Source: Macrostomum lignano (taxonomy: Eukaryota). Taken from it: a stretch of 64,000 nt of DNA. Each line of letters begins with the position of its first letter. The stretch's first letter is position 1. Location: positions 140,160 through 204,159 of the forward strand of contig NIVC01002115.1 of the NCBI GenBank assembly GCA_002269645.1. The letters are read 5' to 3'. Position numbers and translations under genes: made by a program. Under the pieces are notes generated by a model, which worked only from the letters and a program-made list of their open reading frames with translations, did not search any database and was not told where the DNA came from. Shown piece by piece: positions 50,301 to 62,689 of the stretch.

Positions 50301-53300
50301 ATTCCCCTGGTGCTTTTAGCTAGTGAGATTCTGAATTCCCCAGGTGCTTTAAGCTTGTGAGATTCTGAATTCCCCTGGTGCTTTTAGCTTGTGAGATTCT
50401 GAATTCCCCAGGTGCTTTAAGCTTGTGAGATTCTGAATTCCCCTGGTGCTTTGAGCTAGTGAGATTCTGAATTCCCCTGGTGCTTTGAGCTTGTGGGATT
50501 CTAAATTCCCCTGGTGCTTTAAGCTTGTGATGTTCTGAATTCCCTGGTGCTTTGAGCTTGTGGGATTCTGAATTCCCCTGGTGCTTTGAGCTAGTGAGAT
50601 TCTGAATTCCCCTGGTGCTTTGAGCTTGTGATGTTCTGAATTCCCTGGTGCTTTGAGCTTGTGATGTTCTGAATTCCCCTGGTGCTTTAAGCTTGTGATG
50701 TTCTGAATTCCCTGGTGCTTTGAGCTTGTGGGATTCTGAATTCCCCTGGTGCTTTAAGCTTGTGATGTTCTGAATTCCATGGTGCTTTGAGCTTGTGATG
50801 TTCTGAATTCCATGGTGCTTTGAGCTTGTGATGTTCTGAATTCCCCTGGTGCTTTAAGCTTGTGATGTTCTGAATTCCATGGTGCTTCAAGTTGTTGGGA
50901 TTCTGAATTCCCAGATGCTTTAAGGTATTGGGATTTTAAATCCCAGATGCTTTAAGGTTATTAGTTAGATCGTTTAGGTTCTCTTGTACCTTCAGTTACC
51001 TGTTGAAAGCATGATTTCACCACGCGGAAATCATTTCGAACTTCTCATTTTTAAGAGTTAACTGTATTGCTTTGTGTGCGCTATAATTTGCGCATTTTTG
51101 ATTTTCCGAAGCAAAATAACTAATTGCTTCTTTTGCGTTATCAATAAAACAGCCAGGCGTATTTCCGTCTTTAAACATAATTAGGCGTATATTTGACTAT
51201 ATATTATTGACTCGAACCATTAATGTGAGTGTGAGTCAGAGAGGTGAATGCTGTTTGTGCTTAGATGATACAGCCTAATTGTGGTTTTATAAATGCCTGC
51301 CAGGTGTGCTAATTTAAATTCGTATCTGTGGCGTTTTATTTTTAGATACTACTCAGTGCGATGGTTAAGTTTAGTACAATACAACTAATCTGTATGCTTA
51401 AAAATAAAAGAAAACGCAATTTTTTCTACTATGAGTAGGCTAGTTAAAATTTTTACGATTGTATAAAGAAATCGCACTGAAAAGTATAACTCGCGCAATT
51501 CAGCGTCGCGTTCGGCAGATGGCGAAGAAGTCGCTAATTGTAAGTTGTTGAATTTTTCACGGCACAAATTTTAGGTTCGGCGTTTTATTAAACCAATATT
51601 GCTGTCACTTTTACCTTATTTTTTAAGTAGAGAACTAGTAATACCGCCAGTTTGTGGAGGCACGTTTAAGTTGAACTGACCGTCACTACATGTAAGATTT
51701 TTGCTTTTCAAGAATTAAACTCCAGATTGCTATTGTTGTTTCATTAGCTATTTTAGTCTAGAAAGTATTTTTAATATCCGTTTATATATGTATACATGTA
51801 CTGAGATCCAAGGGTCACAGATGACGGTTCACGACTCACCAGAGCTTTAGTTTAAATATAATTGACATTTTTTGCGTGTAAGAAAGGTTTAAAAATTCAC
51901 TACGAAGTTTATGTGTAAAGTTGAAAATCAACAAGGGGAATTACAGTCCCTATAGCTCAAAGCACCAGAGGAATTTAGACCCCCAATAGTTCAAAGCAAC
52001 AGGGGAATTTAGAATCCCAATACCTTGAAGCGCCAGTTAATTTAGAATCCCAGTACCTTAAAGCACCAGGGGAATTCAGAATCCCAGTAGCTCAAAGCAC
52101 CTGGGGAATTCAGAATCCCAATACCCTAAAGCACCAGGGGAATTCAGAATCCCAATACCCTAAAGCACCAGGGGAATTCAGAATCCCAATACCCTAAAGC
52201 ACCTGGGGAATTCAGAATCCCAATACCCTAAGCACCTGGGGAATTCAGAATCCCAATACCCTAAAGCACCTGGGGAATTCAGAATCCCAATACCCTAAAG
52301 CACCTGGGGAATTCAGAATCCCAATACCCTAAAGCACTTGGGGAATTCAGAATCCCAAAACCCTAAAGCACCTGGGGAATTTTAGAATCCCAGTAGCTCA
52401 AAGCACCAGGGGAATTCAGAATCCCAGTAGCTCAAAGCACCTGGGGAATTCAGAATCCCAGTAGCTCAAAGCACAAGGGGGATTCAGAATCCCAGTAGTT
52501 CAAAGCACCTGGGGAATTCAGAATACCAGTAGCTCAAAGCACCAGGGGAATTCAGAATCCCAGTAGTTCAAAGCACCTGGGGAATTCAGAATCCCAGTAG
52601 CTCAAAGCACAAGGGGAATTCAGAATCCCAGTAGTTCAAAGCACCTGGGGAATTCAGAATCCCAGTAGCTCAAAGCACAAGGGGAATTCAGAATCCCAGT
52701 AGCTCAAAGCACCAGGGGAATTCAGAATCCCAGTAGCTCAAAGCACCTGGGGAATTCAGAATCCCAGTAGCTCAAAGCACCTGGGGAATTCAGAATCCCA
52801 GTAGCTCAAAGCACCTGGGGAATTCAGAATCCCAGTAGCTCAAAGCACCTGGGGAATTCAGAATCCCAGTAGCTCAAAGCACCAGGGGAATTCAGAATCC
52901 CAGTAGCTCAAAGCACCTGGGGAATTCAGAATCCCAACACCGCAAAACACCAGGGGAATTTAGGATCCCAGTAGGCTGAGGCCATAAATAAAGTCTATAG
53001 TGGATCCGTAGCCAGTGAGAGGAGGCATGTACCTTAGTGCGTTCAAAGGGTTCTTAGACACCCCTCATGTCTCTGCATCTGTTCGACCGATTTTGATGAG
53101 AATTTATACAAACATGGGTCTATATTTGATGAATTCAGTGCTAGAGTTTCAGCTTGGTCGTATAGACAGAACGAAAGCAATCGATCATTTACTGACGAAC
53201 CTACGAAATTAGCAATACGATTTTAAGCACATAACAAAACGTACAAGCTAAAGGCCAAACGGTTCAAGTTGGCAAGTTCCCAAACTTCAAAAATCAGATC

Positions 53301-54998
53301 ACCAATCATGAAAATCTTCGAAGTAATCACCGTTCCGTTGAATGCACTTGTCATACCGCATCGGCAGCTCTTCGATCCATCCTAACCACGTGTCTCTAGG
53401 AGTCGCTCTGATGAGCCCCTCAACAGCCGTTTGCAGCTCGGGGAAGCTAGCGAACCTCTTGCCTCTCAGCTGCGCCTTGACGTGTCTAAAAAGGCCATAG
53501 TCAGACGGTGCCAAACATGGACTCATCTTGAGTTACAAATCTGCTTTTGAACTCGTCTCCCAGAGCTGAAATTGCCGCACTTTGTTGCAAGCAGTCTTCG
53601 TATCGGCGATTTTTCTGCTCGGCAGTTAGCAGTCTTGGCACCCATCGAGAGACCAGCTTTGACAGACCAAGATGCTCGTGCAGAATTTGGAAGACCGAAA
53701 TCTCGGCGGCATTGGCCAACTCGTCAATAGTGATGTGGCCGTTTTCACTTACCAGCTCTTCGATCAGGATGGCACTGCTGTCGTTGACTGCAGTAGCTGG
53801 TCGGCCTGAGCGCGGCTTGTCCTGCACGCTCGTTTCGCCGTCCTTTCTCTTCCGGACCCAGTTCGCGACGGTTGCTCGACAGCATGCATCATCTCCAAAA
53901 CGGCTGACTAATCTCTGGTGGATAGTGTTCACGGACATGCCTTCGTCCGCAAAAGCAAAAACGATCAGGCGCTGCGAAACTTTATCGCCATATGCACTAG
54001 CCATTCTTAAACCGTCCGAGGTTGGTACTGCATCTCAGCATTTCAATCTGACGTTCGTTTTGCGCACTCAGTCTAATGCTGCCTACTGCTTCGTTCTATC
54101 TGTTTTTTGTCTATGTTAAAACCCTCGCAGCTTGAAAGTAATGATTAATCAATACTCAGCGAAAGCTTTTATTCCTCCAAAAACAAGCTGCGATTTCACA
54201 ACCCCCCCATTTAGAGTGAGGTCCAGATCCGATGCTGTTTAAAAATCGTATTGCTAATTTCGTGGGTTCGTCAGTAAATGATCGATTGCTTTCGTTCTGT
54301 CTATACGACCAAGCTGAAACTCTAGCACTGAATTCATCAAATATAGACCCATGTTTGTACAAATTCTCATCAAAATCGGTCGAACAGATGCAGAGATATG
54401 AGGGGTGTTTGAGAACTTTTTGAACGCACTAAGGTAGTTATGTCTGTCACCCTAAAGCACCTGGGGAACCCCAGCACGCACGGATTTGTACGCATGCACA
54501 CCCAAGAGTATACAGCGGCTCTGACTTTGTCATTGTTAGGCATGTGTACGTACACTCCTGTGCTTTTAAGAGCTACTACTCACTGGCGTGAATATTGTCA
54601 AAGAAATCGAACCTTACCTGAATGCTGTTGATGTGTGTTGAATAGAGAAAGCATATAATTTTCCTAAATACTTCGTACTAGCTCTGAAGTGTCAAATCAA
54701 CTTCCTTTCCTTCACCATCCCAATAGGCGACAAGAAGTACAACTTCGAATCGCAAGAGAACGGCGACATGGTTGCTAGGGACGACTATCGAGAGGAGTAC
54801 ATGCAGAGCCACACTATCAAGACTCGGCTAGACGAGATGCGCGACGAGTTCAAAACCTCGCGCAAAGAGGACCAGGTTCAGACCATCGACCGCCTGCATG
54901 AGAGCAACGTCAAGGAGGGCCGGTCCAAGTTTAAAACTTTGCAAAAGATTCGCATGGGCAACACTAAGAAACGAATTGACGAGTTTGAGTCGATGTGA
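44353..54998 (+). CDS. Moe: ERM family protein (moesin/ezrin/radixin ortholog), 571 aa
   Basis: join(44353..44364,44457..44540,44678..45052,45447..45776,46412..46575,49645..50123,54727..54998), all GT-AG and in frame. FERM motifs ([42 protein letters not shown]), coiled coil, and actin-binding tail [21 protein letters not shown]. Confidence 0.97.
45095..45375. repeat. 42-bp tandem repeat in ERM intron 3
   Basis: GACGATTTTGCTTGCTGTTCTCTGATTGG.. at 45181, 45223, etc. Confidence 0.9.
45885..46375. repeat. 22-bp tandem repeat in ERM intron 4
   Basis: (GGAATCTCATTCACATCCTCTA)n. Confidence 0.92.
46610..48085. repeat. ~23-bp minisatellite with ~300-bp higher-order repeat in ERM intron 5
   Basis: (AATCCGCTCCCTGATCCTCCCCC)n; marker block CCGAATTCGCT..ACCTCTACTATATC recurs at ~47357, 47657 and 47978. 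Confidence 0.92.
48765..49190. repeat. ~21-bp tandem repeat in ERM intron 5
   Basis: (TTTTAGCGTCATAGATGAGA)n, degenerate. Confidence 0.85.
50245..50955 (+). repeat. 33-35-bp minisatellite array (left, ERM intron 6)
   Basis: (GATTCTGAATTCCCCTGGTGCTTTGAGCTTGTG)n. Confidence 0.93.
51935..52970 (-). repeat. 35-bp minisatellite array (right, inverted relative to the left array)
   Basis: (GAATTCAGAATCCCAGTAGCTCAAAGCACCTGGGG)n is the reverse complement of the left unit. Confidence 0.93.
53032..54434 (-). mobile_element. Internally deleted mariner element with ~195-bp TIRs
   Basis: TIRs 53032-53226 and 54239-54434 with TA TSD. ORF 54004-53501 has the HTH region, PRSGRP, WVPRLL and VTQDE, joined out of frame to [19 protein letters not shown]. 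Confidence 0.93.
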
Positions 54999-56416
54999 GA
55001 AAACAGGGGCTCACGATTGAGACCATAACGATGACTGAGCAACGAACAGTGTCTGTGCGCTTCTGTTGACTTTGTTGTTAACTCCATGTATTAAAGTTCA
55101 AACAATATACTGCTTTTTTTCGGTGGGCTGAAGTGAGATCTCCAAATCACCTTTAACACCTAGGCATTAACTCCCTTTCAAAAAGTTCTATCCAGGGAGG
55201 CTGTCTCGCTTTGCCTAGCGAAAGTTAATTATATCTATTTTTAAGTGTTATTAATAATTGATGTATTGTTTGGTTTTGTGTTTAAAGTTTGCACACACAC
55301 ACACACCAATATTAATAAGTTTCCTGTGTTGTAGTTATTAAATGCATATTCTAGCTTTATTATTCAATATAATGTTACAAGGATGGCATATGTCAATGTA
55401 AATTTGATCAATTGTTTTTGTTTTTAATAGTTACTCTGCCTATTTGGAAGACAGAACTAAATTAACTTTTTCTGTGCACTGTGGCCAAAATACATATCTT
55501 ATATTTACTATTAATAATATCGATATGATTATTTTTTATGATTAATTATCTATTAATATTGCATATCAAGTATCCAATTTCATGCAAGTCTTTGTTTTGC
55601 TCACTCCAGCACCTAATCTGTGTATGTAAGAATTTTCGACTAAGTTTCGTTTTTATAAATGTTTATTTATCATATCGTATAGGAAAATATTTATAATATA
55701 CTTCGACATTCAGCTGCAGTCCGTTTTAACATCTATTTAGTATGATTTCCATTCGTGTATCTAGTAAGCAAGGGTTATGTCAATGGTCATTGCTTTGTTT
55801 GTAGTTGTGAGGTATTTTGTTTCAATAAATTCATTTTGGAAACTTTAAAATTCAGCTTTTATTTAATGCCTGGAAAACACAAAAGCATTCTCTCTCTCCT
55901 TATTGGTTTCATTCCTTGCCTTCCCTGTGTATCCTGGTTTGTGTTTAACTATTTATAGTAAGTAGTTCATTGCGCATCTCAATCGCATTATAAAAATTTC
56001 AAGAAAAAGTCGAAAACCCAATCTTTTTTTCTATACTTTTATATTCTTATTGAAAAAAGGAAACTACGCGCATTGTAGCTACTTACAGTAGTTGATTGAT
56101 TGAAAATTTAACAGCAAACAGCTGGACAAATATTTTAGTTGGCCGTGTGTGAATTATGAAACGATCCCTGATGCCGCTCCATCTGGAATATAATAATAAT
56201 TATTGTTTTATTTTTTGCGATCAAATTTCTCAATACTTCGAAAAGCATAATTAATTGAAGATTGTTTTTAACATCTTATTTATTTTTTGTAACGGTTTTA
56301 GCCATTTTGTGGGCGTTTTAATGTATTAGAAAATAAGTTTGTAGTCAGATTCTTCTAATAGCAATAGAGAGGTAAAAGTAGTTGCAGAGACGAGAAAGCA
56401 GACTACAGATTGTATA

Positions 56417-57011
56417 CTGTCCGTCAAAAGTTCCGGAACCCTTGCTACGATGTCTTCTAGCGGACATAATTTCAGTCCGTTTCAATTGTAACTTGATTCA
56501 AATGAAAGCTGCGGATCTCAGCTCCATGATGTGGTCAAGAAAAAGTTTATTCGAAGGAGCGCGTGTGAACAGGCCAGTGTTATGTACATAAAGGTTAGAG
56601 AAAAAAAGTGAGGAAAAGACAAACAAGCAATTGTTTTTTACTCTCCCATGAAAGCTGACTGCACAATAATCCATAAGAGCCTGTTGATTTCAACACAAGT
56701 TTTGGCCATAGACTAATGTTAGCCAGGCTGAACACTGCGCGCAAACCGATTCCTTCCCATGTGTGTTTGCTCCATAGACTCAGCAACCATAGACAATAGC
56801 TTGTTTGTCTTTTCCTCACTTTTTTTTCTCTAACCTTTATGTACATAACACTGGCCTGTTCACACGCGCTCCTTCGAATAAACTTTTTCTTGACCACATC
56901 ATGGAGCTGAGATCCGCAGCTTTCATTTGAATCAAGTTACAATTGAAACGGACTGAAATTATGTCCGCTAGAAGACATCGTAGCAAGGGTTCCGGAACTT
57001 TTGACGGACAG
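56417..57011. mobile_element. Tc1/mariner-type MITE, 595 bp, ~215-bp near-perfect TIRs
   Basis: CTGTCCGTCAAAAGTTCC.. / ..GGAACTTTTGACGGACAG, TA on both sides, ~160-bp spacer. Confidence 0.93.
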
Positions 57012-57279
57012 TATATTTTCGCTTGCGGACAACAGATTGCGACGATAAAAATACTTAAAACCCGGCTAGGGTGCTCAAACTTGAAGCAAGTTTTTTAATG
57101 AATAATGAAAAAATCTGTGTAAATGACAATCTTTTATGATATGGAAGACAGCTTATTACAAGTAAACATGAGATGCTTATATATACATGTAACAATACCG
57201 TTCACAAATGATGACGTAATAACAGTTTGAATCTAGGGCAGTCTTCAGATCGAGGCCTGTTTCATTTCATTCATTTTAT

Positions 57280-57440
57280 CAAGGTTCATTCATTTCATCA
57301 GCTGGGTTCATTCATTCCATCAGCTGGGTTCATTCATTTCATCAGCTGGGTTCATTCATTCCATCAGCTGGGTTCATTCATTCCATCAGCTGGGTTCATT
57401 CATTCCATCAGCTGGGTTCATTCATTCCATCAGCTGGGTA
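57280..57440. repeat. 22-bp tandem repeat (GCTGGGTTCATTCATTCCATCA)n
   Basis: About 7 copies at period 22. Confidence 0.9.
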
Positions 57441-57558
57441 ATAGATCCCATATCTTAACAATAAGGGCCATTTATATGAACTGAAATCGATCGGTATTTC
57501 GGTATTTAATATAAATTATGTCTGTAGATACTTATAGTTGTTTATGGTCCAAATCAGT

Positions 57559-59188
57559 TCACATTGCTTTTGGTATGGCCACGCGCTTCACATTGGAGTC
57601 TGAGTACTGCTGCTGCTGTTGAGATCCAGTTGGTCGAAGTTCGCCTAATCGCGTCTGTAACTCATCAATTCTGACGTCTTTCAGGTGCAGCAGGTGTTCC
57701 AATCGACGAATTTTGGCTTCAAGAATGTCGATTGTTTCGCTTTTGGCTAGGCTTTCCTGCAAGCGTAAACATGTGAGGTGGAGAGGCTTGGGTTAATGAG
57801 GTCTCACACAAATTGCTGGCGCCCCTGGTGCTGGCGCCCCTGGTGCTGGCGCCCCTGGTGCTGGCGCCCCTGGTGCTGACGCCCCTGGTGCTGGCGCCCC
57901 TGGTGCTGGCGCCCCTGGTGCTGGCGCCCCTGGTGCTGGCGCCCCTGGTGCTAAAGCCCCTGAGCTGGTGCTAAAGACCCTGGTGCTGGCGCCCCTGGTG
58001 CTGGCGCCCCTGGTGCTGGCGCCCCTGGTGCTGGCGCCCCTGGTGCTGGCGCCCCTGGTGCTGGCGCCCCTGGTGCTGGCGCCCCTGGTGCTGGCGCCCC
58101 TGATGCTGGCGCTCTTGGTGCTGGCGCCCCTAGTGCTGGCGCCCCTAGTGCTTGGCGCCCCTAGTGTTGGCGCCTCTAGTGCTGGCGCCCCTGGGCTGGT
58201 GCTAAAGACCCTGGTGCTTGGCGCCCCTGGTGCTTGGCGCCCCTGGTGCTTGGCGCCCCTGGTGCTTGGCGCCCCTGGTGCTAAAGCCCCTGAGCTGGTG
58301 CTAAAGACCCTGGTGCTTGGCGCCCCTGGTGCTAAAGCCCCTGAGCTGGTGCTAAAGACCCTGGTGATTGGCTCCCAGCTAGTGCTAAAGCCCCTGATGA
58401 TTGGCGCCCATGGTGCTAAAGACCCTGGTGCTAGCCCCTGAGCTGGTGCTAAAGACCCTGGTGATTGGCGCCCATGGTGCTAAAGCCCTTGGCTTCCCTG
58501 GAAAACAAAATCTTGGCTTCGCCCTCAATCAGATAAGGGTAGCAAGTAAAAAATCTTTGACAGACAGCGCGTCCTTTGACAAGGAAATTAAAAATTGTCC
58601 GGCAACAAATCGCACCTGCACTTTCTCCTCGTACTCCAGTCTGGTTACAAAGTCTGTCTGGCCGACTCTCTGTAAGCTGTCCGAACGGCCAACTGGCCTA
58701 CCGTGGCCGGCGGCTTTTCCGCGGGCAAACCGCGGAGAAACCTTTTGTTGCGGTTGCTGACTTTTCCTTCTAGACGAAGCGCCCAAGATAGCTTGGTCTT
58801 GGTCGACTTCCGGTGCGTCGTTGGAAGCTGGTCGCTGCTGCTGGAACAAAGACTTGTCCAGCTTTGTTCGCAATAGCAGCAGCACCCGTTCAATGGTGCC
58901 AGGCTTGGCGTTGGCTAGAGCGTCAATGACATCCGGTGACAGCTCGAAGCTGAGCTTTTTAAAGATCTTCCAGTTGAGCAGAAGCCAGTTCTTCTTCTTC
59001 TGATCTGTGGCGTTGCACGCGCTGAAATTGTGCAGGTCGACCAGCTTAGGACAATAGTGTTTAACAACCTCGGCCATGAGGACACCGTCGCTGAAGTCTC
59101 GGGCTATGCTGCGCTTTGGCCTAGATAGAGGAATCTGGTCGATCCAGCCGTACAGATCCTGGAGGACGTCGTCGTCGATTTCTGTCAT
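57559..59188 (-). CDS. SPEF1: Sperm flagellar protein 1 (CH-like domain, microtubule-binding), 256 aa
   Basis: Exons 59188-58616 and 57756-57559, GT-AG phase 0. N-terminal LYGWIDQIPLSRPKRSIARDFSDGVLMAEVVKH; C-terminal ETIDILEAKIRRLEHLLHLKDVRIDEL. Confidence 0.93.
57815..58490. repeat. 15/16-bp minisatellite (GGCGCCCCTGGTGCT[T])n in the SPEF1 intron
   Basis: Reverse complement of the 16-bp unit at 34936-35617, with 15-bp and composite variants. Confidence 0.95.
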
Positions 59189-59954
59189 CTTTTTGTCACC
59201 TAGGAAGAGTTAGCCACAAGAATGAAAGTCATATGCATGCATTAATCTGCAGTTATGCTTATGGCACAACAATTTTTGTCTGTTTGATAACAGTTAAGCA
59301 TTTAGTTGTTTGTTCTATAGCTAAATTTGCCAGATCATACGATACCAATCTTTAAACTATAAATACATCTATACTCTACGCAATAAATGTAAGTGATTTA
59401 GTAATTTATTTACCAAACAGATTTAACGAAGTGAAGGAACCCTTGTAGTAGCTTGAAATTAGTAACACGTACTGATTAAGTCAACAGAATTCAAACTTAT
59501 GCTGGATTGAATAGTTTAAAATAAATTATGAAGTATTTACTGATTATCAATATCATAATACATAAAAGATACACAAAATGAGAAACTGAATTATCAACGT
59601 AGATAGTAGACTCAATGCTTTAATTATTAAGTTTGTGTTTTAAATGTGCATTTAAAAATATTTTAACACTTTTAAGGTGTATTGTTGTGGGTAGAACAAG
59701 GTGAAAAATATTTTAACAAAGTCGTATTTTGTTTTAATTTATGACAGTCACGAAAATTACATTTTTAATTATAAGGCTGGGTTTCTTTTCCCGGAAAGTT
59801 TCAAAGTGACGTTTATTATAGACAGACAGAGAAAATCTGAAAAGTAGTCGAGCTATACATTTGTTTGTATTCATTATATAGTTAAATTTTTACCATCCAA
59901 GTCTCTAAAATTTATTTTGACATATAATAGTGTTTTTCTACTTTGCATTTCTCC

Positions 59955-62450
59955 ATGGCATCTTCTGGAGTGGATATGGAATTAAAAGAGGTAGGTAAGC
60001 TGTAAACTTGTCTTAACTAAAACAGTATTATGCCATAATTTATACAATACTACTATGCAATACTTTGAATGTTGTCTTTGCGACTGTACTACACTATGGT
60101 ATTATATCAAGTTGTCTTTCTCTATGATAGAGATTTTAATTTTATATATTGGTTATGCTTTATGCCTAGATTCTAGAATTTGCTAAATTAATGTAATTAA
60201 TTAGGGTAGACTAATAGACTATGGGCATCTAAACCAGGAAAATCCTATACCAGGATTTTCTAATATACATATTGCCTTCCAAACTATGGCCTGGTAAAAA
60301 TATTATTAAGGTAGCTGTTATTGTTATAATTTGACCTTATAAATAGCAAAATGGTGTGTATTTTATGATCAACAAATAAATCAAATACAATATAAATTAA
60401 GTACTTAACTTGCAATGCAAAAAATAAATTATAGTTGTTCTTATATTTGATCTTAGACTTACTGCTTAGCTAGCTTATTTAACTGTCTTTTTTCTTGACT
60501 TAATGTAATTGCTAACTACAAAGTAGTATAATTAAAATATCTTTCAGTAAGCAATAAAATAGCTATTTTGCTTCTTAAATACAATAATTGTAAAATAGTT
60601 TTGTAATTTTATAGCTAAAACTTTATAGATAACTTTATAGAAACTGCAGTTGTGTTTATAATGTTGGAGCTAATAGGCACATCCACTGTGTAAGCTTACA
60701 TAGTACCATTGTTTTAAATTTTGGTAATGAAGAGATTGCTGCCATCTCTAGTGTTGAATATATTTTATATTAGATATATAGCCACCCATGTATCTTTAAG
60801 TATGAACTCATTCAATATTAATGACATGGTTATTGGCATTTTGCAGACCTTATTGACATGGCTAGTATTTCCAGTGTGAGATGCATTCTATATTATATGG
60901 GCATGGCTGCTATGTTTATAAGCTCTAATATTATAGACACAATGGCTTAGCTGTGTTTATAAGTATGGATCTAATCACTATTGAGACAGCCACTATTTCT
61001 AATAGTTTTTAGATTATAGACATGGTTGCTATTTCTTTAACTGTAGTGAAAACCTTAAGCCTAGATAGTATAAGCATATGTATTTTATCTGTTGATTATA
61101 AAAATAGTAAAATGGTGACTTAGACTTATTATGATCCCAACTATGATCTAAGTAGTAATCACATTATAGGAAAATGCAAAACAGAGTATTAATAATAGGT
61201 AGTTGATATTTTGACAGTGACCATAATTCTATAAATAGTGAAATAGTGAATGGTCAGTGGTAGAAATATATTAAATTATATCATTTAATTAATACATAAA
61301 TAAGCCTTAAATATAAAACAGAGATTAAAAATATCAAATAATAAAATAATAATTTTTATACTGATTGACAATTGTATCATACTATATTATATTGTTATCA
61401 TAATTGATTTTTAAACTTGAATTTTTTAGAAACTTAAAAGGGGTCTTGCCTTTGACCCTATAGACTTTCTAGTTTTCAAGATATCAAGTTCTGAATTGCA
61501 AATTTCAGCAATTTTCTATAATAGATAGTAAGCTGAAATAAAAACTTTTATTAGTGTGGTTTAGACTCTTTAGTCTTTACCTCAGTATTATGATTGATGC
61601 CTTGATATAAGTAACTAAAAAACTAGGCAGAACAGTGGATTCATCAACAAATCTTAAGCATAGTATGGAACTAGATCAAGAAATAAAATGAGATGTAGAA
61701 TAAGCAAAGATAAAAAATGGCCTCTGATAACATTTCTATATGGGGCTCTATTTATAATATATTTAAGTTGGTTAAAAGTAAAAAAATGGAAAATAACTCT
61801 TGAAAATGTATGTAAACATTTATATTTGATTAGAAAGATCATTTCTTATTTCATATATTATAGCATAAATCTTTCATTTTGTTTTTATATAGGGCCAGGC
61901 CTAGTTTAAATTATAGATTTTTAATATTTAAGAAAAAATCCAAGTGATATCAAGTTTTGTAAATTCTTCCCCAAGTTTGTGTGATATCCCAGACTGACAT
62001 GCACCAGCTAACTTAAAGAAATTAAAGAAAAATACAATGATTTGATCAAAGAAATTCTTAAAAGCCTTCACATTAATTAGATTTGTAATGTCAATACGCT
62101 TTCACAACTTAACAGGCCATCACCAGCTGCAGCAGAAGAAGCTGCAGACTAACCAACAGCTTATGTTTCAAAGCCGCCAAATGGATCAGCTACAAAAAGA
62201 TGTTCGCCACAGGCAGCTGGTACTCGAGGAGCTTGCCAGCATCAACCCCGAAGGTCGTGTCTATTCATCTGTGGGGCGCATGTTCATGCTGCAACCTGTT
62301 GACGAAATTCGCGCAGAAATTCGTACAAAGATCTCGGCCTCTGAGGAGAAAGCGAAAACTCTAGAAGCTAATAAAACTTATCTGGAGCAGAGTCTGAAGG
62401 AGGCCGAGAACAATCTGAGAGAGATGATTCAAGCTAAGCATGGCAAATAA
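59955..62450 (+). CDS. PFDN1: Prefoldin subunit 1
   Basis: Exon 1 MASSGVDMELKE (59955-59990 or -59994), exon 2 62116-62450 with VYSSVGRMF and YLEQSLKEAENNLREM. Junction phase is ambiguous (see findings). Confidence 0.88.
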
Positions 62451-62689
62451 GTTTCCTGTTTCACTCAATTTGGACTCTTGCGTCTGTACTGACATCTCTA
62501 AATAGCCTACTCTGCTTGTTTTAGCTGAAGGTTTTTATAATTACAATATTAGTAATAAGCTTAATGCAGTGCCGTGTATGCTCAGTACATGAGAGCATTC
62601 TCTATAGTTACTGTTTGTGTTTTTATACATTCTCTAAAATGGTCATTCTTCTACTTTATTGTGCTAATTTTCTTTAACAAGTGTTAATA

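Noticed and set aside
44353-54998. Merlin/NF2 assignment of the FERM gene
   Set aside because: The C-terminus has the ERM actin-binding tail ([17 protein letters not shown]), which merlin lacks.
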